Source: the human T2T-CHM13v2.0 reference genome, Homo sapiens
DNA length: 64,000 bases
Strand: one strand, 5' to 3'
NCBI RefSeq assembly: GCF_009914755.1
Contig: NC_060934.1
Each line of letters begins with the position of its first letter. The first letter of the stretch is position 1. A program made the translations under genes and the position numbers. The notes under the pieces were generated by a model that saw only the letters and a program-made list of their open reading frames with translations, ran no database searches and was not told the origin of the DNA. Positions 45,126 through 56,528 of the stretch are shown here, piece after piece.

Positions 45126-47878
45126 GCCAGTCACGTGGGACAGCTTTAATGCTATTACGTTTTCTTTTGACATCATTGGCTATTTTTTACTTTTAAAGTG
45201 TTTATTTTAAAAAAAGCCAAATCCAATTTTAAAAATCTACACAAAATTTTTCATTAAACTTCCTTTTACATCCTGTTTGCCCATTTTATTCTGTATGTCA
45301 AAATTGTTCTCTACCCTGCAAAGGCCTTGATGCTTTGTGCTGAGCTGACTGACAAAGACTTATGATTAAAAAACTGATCTTAAAACTAGCCTGTTCCTCT
45401 TTCTACAAAGCCCCAACCTTTGATCTTCTCTCAGGAGCAATTTCCAATCAGCCCTTTTTTCAAAGATTGTAAATGTTTGGTATTCATTCCCTACCTGGGC
45501 CCTCTCCCTCTCCCTAGAAGGAGAGGTTGGGACCTTCAATTCCCCATTGTCATTATTGTTCTATTGGAAGTCTTAGTGTAGGATTTGGTTTTCTACAGTG
45601 AAGGTGAAATTAAATATAGCAAACCTCATGCTCTGCTGTGTTTGCACACTTTAAAATAAGTGAGGTTTTGGGTAATTACCTAGTTCACTTGATCTATGGA
45701 AATGATACCAGATGAATTTAGCACTTAAAAAATTGTTTTTGTTTGCCCCTCTTTACCCAGACATTGGTAGCATAATTCAAAATAGCCGGCTAATTGCAAA
45801 ATTATAATTTCACCTTAGGATACAAACTTGAAAAAATCTGGTGGTCTATAATAAAAAGAAGAATGAGCAAATTAGCTCATTTTAGATTCATTTTTACTGT
45901 TTAACTTTTCCTTAAGAGCAAGCCAAAATGTAAAATCAATACTATTAGGGCTAGTGTGGTTGAATAAGGTAGAAACTTTGGAGCCCATCTTCTCATCCTT
46001 CTAACTTTGGACGTATTCTCTTGAGGTCCCTAAAAAATTCTCACAGCTCTGATTGATGAGATTAACTTAGTCATTTTTCTCTCAGGAATATTTATTTTAA
46101 CTGAAATATCTGATCTTTGAAAAAATAATTAGTATCCATGAATAACTGTTTGAATTTTTTGTGAATGTTTGAAATTCCTTATCTAGTATTTTATTCAGGA
46201 ACTAAGATTAACCCCGTTTTACTTCCTAAAATGAAGCTATAGGGTCTTGAGTTAATGGAAATTTTAAAAAGGAAGGATAGAAAGACATATGTGTTTTGAC
46301 ATTGCTTGTTGTTCTTTCTTGCTGAGGCCTCTACTCAGTACTAGGTGCCTAGCTGTGGCTTACCCAATCTAGGAGACATATGTCAAATGACTAAATATAT
46401 GCCTTTCAAGACTGCACACAACAATCACCTGCAAAGCTACCACAGCTGAGACCTATTGAGGAGAAAGGACGTTGGTCTTCATGGTTGTCATTTTAGAAGG
46501 ATCTGGAGTTGATTGTAATAATAGTCGCAATTGAGAATTACTGAACAAAACCATTGAAAATTGGTCATTTTATTCTGGTCATCTTTGTAATGGATTTAGG
46601 TTCTCAACAAATTACTAACCTGGATTATTTTTTGAGAGACTGATTCTAAATCAGAATTGGTTGTTTTTTTGTTCTAAATACATATGGCATGGGACTTACC
46701 CGATCTTCTTTAAATTCAATAATATTAAAAACAATAGCTATAATTTTTCGAACAACTACTTTGGGTAGGTATAATCATCATCAACATAATCATCATCAGT
46801 GCCAAGATTGACAAAGCACTTGCTAAGATGTGTACATTTAGTTCTCACAAGACACTATGATGTAAGCATATAATCTCCCCTTTTCACACATAAGAAAACT
46901 GAGTCATAGAAAGGTCAATATTACTCCTGCAAGGCTACATGGAAAATATGTGTAGAGTTCTGGCTGCATATGAGTATTAAATATATACCCTTATTTTACA
47001 AATGAAGAGACTAAGGCTGTAAATAGTTAAGTAGACAATATTAGATGCTGGAAAGCAACCTAAAGTCAAGCCAAAATAATGTTTATTCAGTGTACATAAA
47101 ATAACATTTTTCTCTTATCTCCTGTGAGGGCTTGAAGAACTACACCCAAATAGAATTCTTCCTAAACAAATGCTATTTTGAAAAGAAACAAGCTAGTAAA
47201 TACTGTGAGTTTAAAAGATTATATATACCAAAGTAATTGAAATGCATGGATATGGGTTTGGGGATTATGGAGAAGACTAGCATGGATATCAGTTCATATC
47301 CCCTGCTTTAAATTTTACATCCAGCTTTATTTTAAATGTATAAGTATGTTAAGCCATATAATTCCCTGGATTATTTACATTCTAGTCAGGGTGACTATTG
47401 AAGGGTAGTGTAATTACAAAGTACAATTTCCAAGCTGAATGAAATTGCTTGTTGTGTAATAGGTCTGACCTCTGAAAATGTCAAAAACAAATACTAGTAG
47501 GTCATGGTTAGAGGTAAAATATACGCAGCCCTCCTGGTTAGTATATGAAATGAAGGGTGGTCTCTGAATTGATTGAACCATTTTCTTCTGCTGTTTGTCA
47601 GACTCAGAGAAAACATTTAAATTTGAAGTACATTTTCCTTTCCAATTTTCTTTTTTATTTCTCAGCATAGTATTAGAAATTGGCTACTGGTCCATCACGT
47701 TCAAGACTGCACAATGAGCAACTCTTTGGGTGGAGAATGAAACATAGCTAATTACTAAAGTTCAATGTGTGAGATTTTGTTGGCTGTCTGAGCAGACAGC
47801 AGTATCTCCCCAGTTCTGTATCAGCAACTCTAATGTGCCAGGCTCTTCTTCTCTGCCCCATTCTGACATCTACCTCTC

Positions 47879-48054
47879 TTTTTCCTTTTTTTGAGACAGG
47901 GTCTCATTCTGTCACCCACATCGGAGTGGAGTGGCATGATCACAGCTCACTGCAGCCTTCACCTCCAGGGCATAAGCGATCCTCCCACCTCGCCACCTCA
48001 GACCCTCTAGTAACTGGAACCACAGGCACATACCACAACACCCGGCTAATTTTT

Positions 48055-48088
<34 letters not shown>

Positions 48089-48206
48089 TAGAAACAGGGT
48101 CTCCCTATGTTGCCCAGGCTGCTCTTGAACTCCTCAGCTCAAGCAATCCTCCTGCTTTGGCCTCCCAAAATGCTGGGATGACAGGTGTCAGCCACCATGC
48201 CTGGTC
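47879..48206 (-). mobile_element. AluJ with expanded middle A-tract
   Basis: J-type CACAGCTCACTGCAGCC and GCTCAAGCAATCCTCC. T30 at 48058-48087. Confidence 0.92.
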
Positions 48207-48946
48207 TTTAACTCCCATTACTTAGTTCAACTTCATGAGATGATTCAGTAAATGATGGGCAGGTGGCAGAGGTACATAAGATAGTGTTAGGTATTATAGG
48301 CAAAATATGAGCACAGAGCATGCAATTACAAGCAAAAGCTAGCAATAATTCCCATTTCCTTGCTAATATTTTCTCATATGAAATGAATTGTTGTATACAA
48401 TCAGTGCTTAGCTGGTCCTCTTCCATGTGATCATCACTTTCTAGAATATAAGTGTCTAAATTTATGCTGAAATGAGAAGAGCTTAATTTTTTCCAAATTC
48501 ATTTTCATTCTGACATCAATCTACAGTTACATTTCTGTTTGCTCCTCTATCATCTAATTCCAGTCACTTCTACTGGAGGGAAAGGGGGAGGATTTCACAA
48601 CCTAAATTCTTAAATCAGTTGTTCTGGTTATCTACTGCTTCATAACAAACTATACATGTGATATTTATTATATCTCATGATTTCCTGAGTCAGTAATTTT
48701 GGCAGGACTCAGTTAAGCTGTCCATTTTTGTTTGTTCTCAATTAATAAAGGAATTAACTTCTCTTTAGTTTATGGGATACATTCTTGACTATAAGAGACT
48801 AGAATACAAGATGAATACCCTGCATATGAAGATTATTTTAGGAACCATAGTCTGAAATGGAGTATATAATAAGAGACAGGGAAAGGAATCCTTGACCTGT
48901 AAACCCCAAGGCCTAATTCTTAGTATACAGGAACTTCTCAAATTCT

Positions 48947-50589
48947 CTCTTTTTTTAAGTTGTGGTAAAATACACGTAACATATAATTTGTCACCTTAAT
49001 CATTTTTAACTGTACAGTTTAGTAGTGTTAAGTACATTCACATTGTTGCACAACCAGTCTTCAGAACTCTTTTCATCTTGCAAAACTAAACTCTATGCTC
49101 ATTAAACAATAAATGCTCATTCTCCCCTCACCTTCAAGCTCTTGGTAACCACCATTCTGTTTTCTATCTCTACAAATTTGACTACTGTAGGTACCTTATA
49201 TAAGTGGAGTCATATAGTATGTGTCTTTCTTTGGCTGGCTTATTTCTCTTAGCATATTATCCTCAAGTGTCATTCATGTTGTAGCATGTGTAAAAATTTT
49301 CCTCCTTTTTTAAGGCTGAATAATATTCCATTGTATGTGCATACCACATTTCGTTTATCCATTCATCTGTTGGTGGACACTTATGTTGCTTTCACCTTTT
49401 GGCTATTGTGAATAATAGCTGTACAAATATGTCTTTGAAACTCTGCTTTCAATTCTTTTGGATATATGTCCAGAAGTAGAGCTGCTGGATCATATGGTAA
49501 CTCTATTTTTATTCTTTTGAGGAGTTGCCATACTGCTTTCCATAGCAGCTGTACCATTTTATATTTACATTTCTATCAATAGTGTATAAGTGTTCCAATT
49601 TCTCCACATCCTTGTCAAAACTCGTTCTTTTCTTTTTAAATATTAGCCACTATGGGGAAGGTGAGGTAGTATTTCATTGTAATTTTTTTATTTTGTGATT
49701 TCCCTAATGATTGGTGGTGCCGAGCATCCCTTCGTACGCTTTTTGGTCATTTGTATATCTTCTTTGAAGAAATGTCTATTCAAGTGATTTGCCCATTTTC
49801 TAATTAGGCTGTTTTTATTTTTGTTGTTGAGATGTAGGAGTTCTTTATGGATGTGGATATGAACCGCTTGTCAGGTATATGATCTGAAAGTATTTTCTCC
49901 CATTCTGTAGGCTGCCTTTTCTCTGTTGATTTTATCCTTTGATGCACATCAATGTTAAATTTTGGCATAGTCCGACTTATCTATTCTTACTTTTGTGGTC
50001 TATGCTTTTAGTATCATATTTAAGAAATTATCGCCAAATCCAATCCCATATGTTTTCTTCTAAGAGTTTTATAGTTTTACTCTTAGGTTTGTAATCCATT
50101 TTGGGTTTTTTGTATACACAGCTTAAGGTAAGGGTTCAACTTCATTCTTTTGCATATGGATATTCGCTTTTCCCAGTATCATTTATTGAAGAGAATATCC
50201 ATTGAATGGTCTTGGTACTCTTGTCAAAAATCATTTGACTGTACATGTGAGGGTTTATTTCTGGGTTCTTGATTCTATTTTCATTGGTCTATATGTCTGT
50301 CTTTATACCAGTACCACATTGTTTTGACTACTGAAGCTTTGTAATAAGTTTTGAAATCAGGAATTATGACATTCAATTTTGTTATGCTTTTTCAAGATTG
50401 TTTGGCTATTTGAGGTCCGTTGAGGTTCCATATGAATTTTAGGATAAATTTTTCTATTTCTACCAAAAGCCACTACTGGGATCTTGATAGGGATTGCATT
50501 AAATTTATAGATTGTTTTGGGTAGCATTGACATCTTAAATATATTGTCTTCCAATTCATGAACACAGGACATCTTTCCATTTATTTGTG
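48947..50589 (-). mobile_element. 5'-truncated L1MB (MB2/MB3-type)
   Basis: 3' UTR TTGTGGTAAAATACACGTAAC...CTTTTCATCTTGCAAAACT and ORF2 remnant KMSMLPKTIYKFNAIPIKIP. Flanked by TCAAATTCT at 48938-48946 and 50590-50598. Confidence 0.88.
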
Positions 50590-50634
50590 TCAAATTCTTT
50601 CTTTTTTAAAATGTAAAATAAGACCAGTCACAAG

Positions 50635-50640
50635 TTTATT
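50635..50640 (-). terminator. Polyadenylation signal of the DBF4 retrocopy
   Basis: AATAAA on the minus strand ~27 nt upstream of the residual A tail (50600-50607). Confidence 0.75.
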
Positions 50641-52699
50641 CTGTAATTTTTCTATAACAGGCATTCAATTCTGTAGAAAATTGCAAACATTTATTTTTAA
50701 TATTTACATTTGGGTCTGTAAACAAAGCTGGTAAAAAAAATCCTAAGAATTTCCATACATATTTATAAAAATTTCAAGAATATGATCCTTATCACTTCTG
50801 AAAAGTATGCATTTTTTAAATTCTAAAAGCCAGTAAATGTAGAAGTTGAAGGGGACGAGAAAAACACTGTTAACAGATTATCTGAATTTTCCTCTTCCCA
50901 AATATCTAAAACATTGCATATACCACTCTTTTCCGTATAGCTTGTGAAACCCAAAAATTCTGATTTCTCTTCACTAGTCTGAAACAAGTCTGGTAAAGAC
51001 TGTACCGGTGATCTACAAATTCTGTTTTCTTCTTGTGTAATAAATTCAGTTCTTTTATCAAATTCAGCATTTGGTTCCAGATTTTCTTTTCTATTTTGTC
51101 CTAATAATATTTTCACTTTTCGATGTATTTTACCAGAAGGTAAACTATCCATATTCTTGATGTCACATTCATTGGGTTCCTCAGGAGGAGTATGTGATGG
51201 AGCCTTTGCCTGAACAGTTAGGTGCTCTTGTGAACTGTTTATTGTTATCAGACCAGAATCATGAGTAAATATTGAATGAAGGTCCTTTTCCTTGAGATCC
51301 TTTGCTGGAAAAAGCACAGGATCTGACTTTTGTTTTGGTTGAGATGCACTATTATCTGTACAGAAATCAGAAACATGAACAGATGCCTGTATGTTACATT
51401 TATAGTTATCTATCCTTAGTTCTTGTAAGTCATTTTCACTTAATGTGTGTTCGGAAATGTCAAGAATGCATTCCTGTTTGTTTTTATGTAGAGGTAGCTG
51501 TGTAAAATTCTGTCTTATGTCATCTTCAGCTGTACTTAACATGGAACATTTATTACTCATTTTCTTGTTAAGCCCTCTCAAGTCATTTGAAGGGTGGGGG
51601 ATGGGCTCTGAAATAAACAGAAGTTTTTTTCAGTTTCCTGGGTCTCTTTATACAGGAAATTCTGCTCTATCACCGTTATATCATCTTCCCGGCAATCTTT
51701 CTGAGAAATATGTTGCAATTCCACTTTTTCCTTTCGTTCAGTCTTTTTCAGGACACTTGCAGAAACAGGAGAAAGGGATCCAACACTGTATTTTATTAGT
51801 TTCTAGATCTTCATATTTCTGCAAGCAACATTCACAATATCCTTTTTTCTTCTTCTCTTTCAACTGGAGTTGAATTGAGTTTCCACCATACTTATCGCCA
51901 TCTGTTTGGATTCTTAGTTTAACCTGAGTTTGCTTTTGCATACTAGATGGCTTGTCTACATCAAATGGACTGCAGGGCTTCTGAATAGAATAATTTATAA
52001 AAGGCATATTGGTCAGCTGAAGATAAAATGGCCTATAAAGTTGGCTCATATCTTCCACCTTTACAAAAGGCTTTTTGAGTCTTCCTGTTCTTGTTTTTTG
52101 TGCACCACTACCAACTCTTTTGCCCCCATCTCTTACTGAAGTACTTGATTTCTTGAGTGAATGCAACTTTTTTCTTTTGTTCAATGTAGTATCTAATGTC
52201 ATCAATATGAAGAATTTTTACTCCCCATGACAAGGCATTTGATAATATACTATATGAAGGAATAAAATCATGGTCCTTGATAGCTTTTTCAACTAATAAT
52301 TTTCCTCTGCTTAAACACACTGTGTCTGGTGACTTAAATGAACTTCCATCATGGCTGGGATGAGGTGAAGTGGTTTCTGCAGTATTTGCAGATTCTGGAC
52401 TTGGTACAGGAGAAATTCGACCCAAGGTTTGTGCAAATTTAGCTTCCTTTTTATTTGAAATAAGATAACTGATATCTTTGCTGAGAAATTCTTCAACTCG
52501 CCCTCCCAGATCCTTAATGTCCTTTTGCAGTTTTTCAGATATGGTGACAGAAGGTAAGTCAAGGTAAAATACTTTTCCCCAAAGTGGCTTATATTTGGAT
52601 TTTTCTGGCCTGTTATCAGTTTTCAGAGATTTCAAAGATGGTCTGTTTTTTTCATTTTTGACTTGGATTCCACCCTGGAAATGTCCTTTACTGTGGATC

Positions 52700-52997
52700 C
52701 TCACGGCTCCAGAGTTCATGGCAGTCGCCCGGCACCTACATGCTGGGTCCGGAGAAAGGGTCGCGCCGGGCAGCCGCGAAAGCAAGGCTTCCCCACGTCT
52801 GTTGACAGGACGGCCGCCTCTCTACTTCCGCTGGCTACGGCCTCTACGCAGTAGAGGTACCGCGTCTGCGGGTCGGGTTTCCGGGGCCGGATCCGGCTCC
52901 AAGGCACGGAGGAGGAAGGCGCAAATCACAAACGAGTGGGCTGCAGCGGTTGAAGATTTGAAAATGCGTCACGCGGCCGCGGCCGCATACGCGCGCC
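52700..52997 (-). promoter_or_regulatory. CpG-island-like DBF4 5' UTR / core-promoter segment in the retrocopy
   Basis: Roughly 35 CpGs in ~300 bp (hand count) in an otherwise CpG-poor window. TTTGAA at 52957-52962, TGACG half-site, GGCGCGC, two overlapping GCGGCCGC. Confidence 0.55.
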
Positions 52998-55900
52998 GTC
53001 AAATTCTTAACATAAACAAAAAAACTTTGCTATTTTATATAAGAAAGAAATTCAATGGTTTAGATTTTCTGCCTTAGCATAAAGCAATATTTGCAGTACT
53101 AAAATTAAATAGATCTCCCAATCTTACTCTAGGGTTAAAACGAAAATATTGCACATCAAACTTTATTTAAATAATATCCCCCATTGGCAACTTTTGAAAT
53201 GTATAAACATCTCTTCCTGGCAAGTGAGCGTTATCTATATCCTTGTCATTTTCCATGTCTCCAGAAATATCTGTGAGTGAACATTCTGAGATTTATCTTG
53301 ATATATTCATAAGTTCATATAAGACTCCAAACTCTTTGAGAAAAAGAACAATATCCTTTTTCTTAATACTTTCCCTCCTCATACGCAAATATTTCTTGGT
53401 TACTGGAACCAAGGGGACAAACAAAATTAGTTGCCAACTACCTAATCATATCAACAGTTTAACTCTTAGCAAACATTATCTAATTGTTTTACTGGATCGT
53501 TAAAAATCTACACCCAGATACAACAGAGGGGTTTAATCTTGTCTCAAGCTCTGTTTCAGGGAAAAATCCTAAGTAAGCACTTCAGCATTACTAAGAAGAA
53601 TTCAGCAACTCTAAGAAGCATTACTTCTTATTTTGGGGAGCACTAACCCCTTATTATCATTCACCAGCTCTGGCTCATAGTCTGAAGGCAAAGAGGTTTT
53701 TGCCTCAGTAGCATTTGCTAATCTCTACTCAACAATGACTGCTGCAAGTTGCGCTTTGGCCTTGATGGAGTTATTTTTAAGTGCTCAAACTATTTTCTTT
53801 ACTTTGAAATAATGTAAGAACTATTATAAGAATGAAAATCATTTAAATACTTTTAAAATATGATTTTTCATGGCAGACGCATGAGCTCTTTTGTGCTATT
53901 ATGGACATAATCGGTACTAGCATATTAAAAGGTGAATGAAGTAAACGAGAGGTTTCAGATGAAAAAGTAAGCTCTCTAACAAATGTGCTGTACTTTATCA
54001 TAAATTAATAATAGGAAGAAACAATAAAACAAACTCAACTTCTTCCAGATTAGTTATATGCTAGAAATTCTTTAGAGACTAAATTTTTGCTGGTATTATA
54101 TTTCTGTTTTCTCACTGTATCATGCAGTACAATCAGGAAATACATGGAAGTTTTGAGTCCTTTATGGAAGGATCAACCCTCTTTTCTTTGTATACAAACT
54201 TGAGGTAGCAAAATGGCACTAATGGTTTTCATGATGAAGACATTTTTATGGTTTTACTGGATAATTAATAAAATACATAAATGGCGCCAGGGAAATGCTA
54301 ATCTGTTTTCCATTGCCACGAGATGCCCCGTCTTAGAAACTTGATTTTTCAGACACGTTCTACTCAATTAGAATAGGTTTGCCATCTTAACATAACTATT
54401 CCCTAAATCATATTACAAGATTATCGAAGTTCAATGTCTGTACAAAAGTGGCTCCAGCTAAGCTTTCATGCTAAGTAAATGTAAAATGCCATCATTTTAA
54501 ATTTGATCCAGTAGATTATCATAAAATACAGACTCCAGAATAGTAGTGTGTTTTGCTGATTTCTCTAATTTGTTTAGTTTTCCTCTAGGGGCACTCATAT
54601 ACTTCTAAGGAATGGCAGACCTTGAAATTCTAGGTCTTCCTGTAAATAATGAAAGGAAGGGAATGTGGGAAGAAAAGCAACCAAGGGAAGGATACAGAAG
54701 TAACTAATTAAATGAGGGGCTTGTCCTGGGTAGAATGGAATTAAAGAACAGAGGTGTGCTCACCACCTATGGAAAACCAGCCACAGCCAATTTAAAGGTC
54801 TTTTTTTTTTTTTACCACTACAATGAATACTCCAAGCCCTTCCTTTAGTCCCATAACTATGGTGTATACATTTACTTGCAATAGCATGTCAGGGAGCTGT
54901 GGAAATGGGCCAAGATCATGAAGGGTCTAACACAGAAAAGCAGATTTTTAAAATTTCAAGTTCTAGCCCCAGTGGCTTTATAGAGACGCGTGCAATATTG
55001 TGTTGAAAAGAATCCTGAAGTAATGTTCCAGACTCACCACAAATGAGTCCTATGACTGGTTAACAACATCTGCAAGGTGAAGGAGAATGAAGAGATGTTA
55101 TGCATGAGGTATTTGTTATCCTTGGTTACGGGTACCATGTTACGAGTTTCTCCAGATCAATAATACAGTACCAAGGGAGAATATGCCCTAAAAGAGCAAA
55201 GTTCATTGAGGATGTACATTTGATTCTGTCCTTTTCTGTGGAATTTTAATATATCTCTCCCCAGTATGCTTCAACATTTGCCAAGAGTCTTAGGGATGTT
55301 GAAATAAAATTTACATATTTAATTTTCAATCCATGAGGTTAAAAATGCATTTATTTATTCCTAAAAAATGACTTGGTTTCATTTTCTCTCCTAGAAATAG
55401 TGAAAAAATAGCCTTAAAAAATTAAGCACAACCACCCTGCTTTATGCATATTCACAAGTCCATCCAGTACAAAGTGCACAGTATGAATGATTTTACTGTT
55501 TTTTTTTTTAAAGGATGAATCCTAATTTACACATAATTAAATCTAATGACTTTTAATCACAATCCTCCAAAATATCAAAGAATTGCCTGCACCTTGAAGG
55601 TTCTTGAACTTTTTTGGAATTGCCCTTTTAAAAAAGATCATGGGGCGGCTGCTAGAAGGTTTTCTTCTCGATTTACAACTCAGGCATAGATTTAAGGAGA
55701 GTGTAATTACCAGATACAATCCCTAAACAGAATTGAATTGCTTCCTGGATGCCAACCTTGTTGCAGACTGACCTTCAAAGGGAACAAAACAACACTGCAG
55801 CTCTGTGTCCTTGTTAGATTTTAGCAGGATAGAAAACTTTTTTTCCCTAGGCAAAAATGAGACAAGGAAAGCTGTTGTTACTTATCCTTTGAGAATTTTT

Positions 55901-56433
55901 ATCTGCTTGGTCAGAGGACAAGAAATCCCAGTTATCATTGTCATTCCTTAAAAACAAAACAAAACTTATTAAAAGAGCAATTCTGAAAGATCTACAATAA
56001 ATCACTTGCTCTGAAAATTGAACCAACCCAACAGTCTCTAAATCAACCACCTACTTGTTCTTCCCTGAAGAAAACAAAAATCAGTTATTGTCCATGAGGC
56101 CGCGGTGGGAGACGGACCATGGAAAACCCTAAGTTAGGAAATAGGATCTCATCTCCCAGGTTAGTTCATATTCTGGAAATAATCAAGTTGAATTTCTCTA
56201 CTTTACTGTGCAAAAGAAGATTTCTTCACTGGCAGGTTTTCTTTTTCTCCTCTCCAATCATTATGTATAGTAAGTATTAGGTTGTTATACCCTTTCTTTT
56301 TCTCTGGAAATAAAGCATTTTGCTATGTTCAACATTCTCATTAGTGTTTGGATAATTAGTTGGTGGGGTGGGAAAAAATTCTACAAATATCATTTGGCTG
56401 GTAGAATTTGCAGGCCAGAGCTTTTTACTGCCT

Positions 56434-56528
56434 ACACATATACACATACATACAAATGTGCATGCGTGTACCTGCATGCACACAAACACACACATTCATA
56501 TGCTGGTATGCATGTGTGCACACATACT
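56434..56528. repeat. Degenerate (CA/TA/TG)n low-complexity tract
   Basis: ACACATATACACATACATAC...CACACAAACACACAC...ATGTGTGCACACATAC. Confidence 0.7.

Larger units (their letters stand above)
50600..52997 (-). pseudogene. DBF4P1: Processed pseudogene of DBF4 (ASK, CDC7 kinase activator); possibly DBF4P1
   Basis: Intronless copy. ATG at 52719 (MNSGAVRIHSKGHFQGG), motif N, motif M (KPFVKVEDMSQLYRPF), GYCECCLQKYEDLET, and C-terminus SSPSTSTFTGF with stop at 50823. Lesions: -2 at ~52167, -125 at 51797/51798, -1 at ~51627. AATAAA at 50635-50640, short A tail, 11-bp TSD GTCAAATTCTT (50589-50599, 52998-53008). The DBF4 origin is secure; the P1 symbol is from memory. Confidence 0.93.

Noticed and set aside
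47833-48225. 130-aa ORF, and similar Alu ORFs at 33955-34143, 43606-43821 and 63627-63875
   Set aside because: Translations of Alu sequence.
50823-51581. 252-aa ORF as an independent gene
   Set aside because: It is the DBF4 C-terminal tail downstream of a frameshift, and the track starts it at a TTG.
50823-52719. Functional DBF4 gene or retrogene
   Set aside because: Intronless with TSD and tail, two small frameshifts and a 125-nt loss; no full-length ORF.
52595-53077. 160-aa + strand ORF
   Set aside because: Antisense shadow of the GC-rich DBF4 5' region; no recognisable domain.
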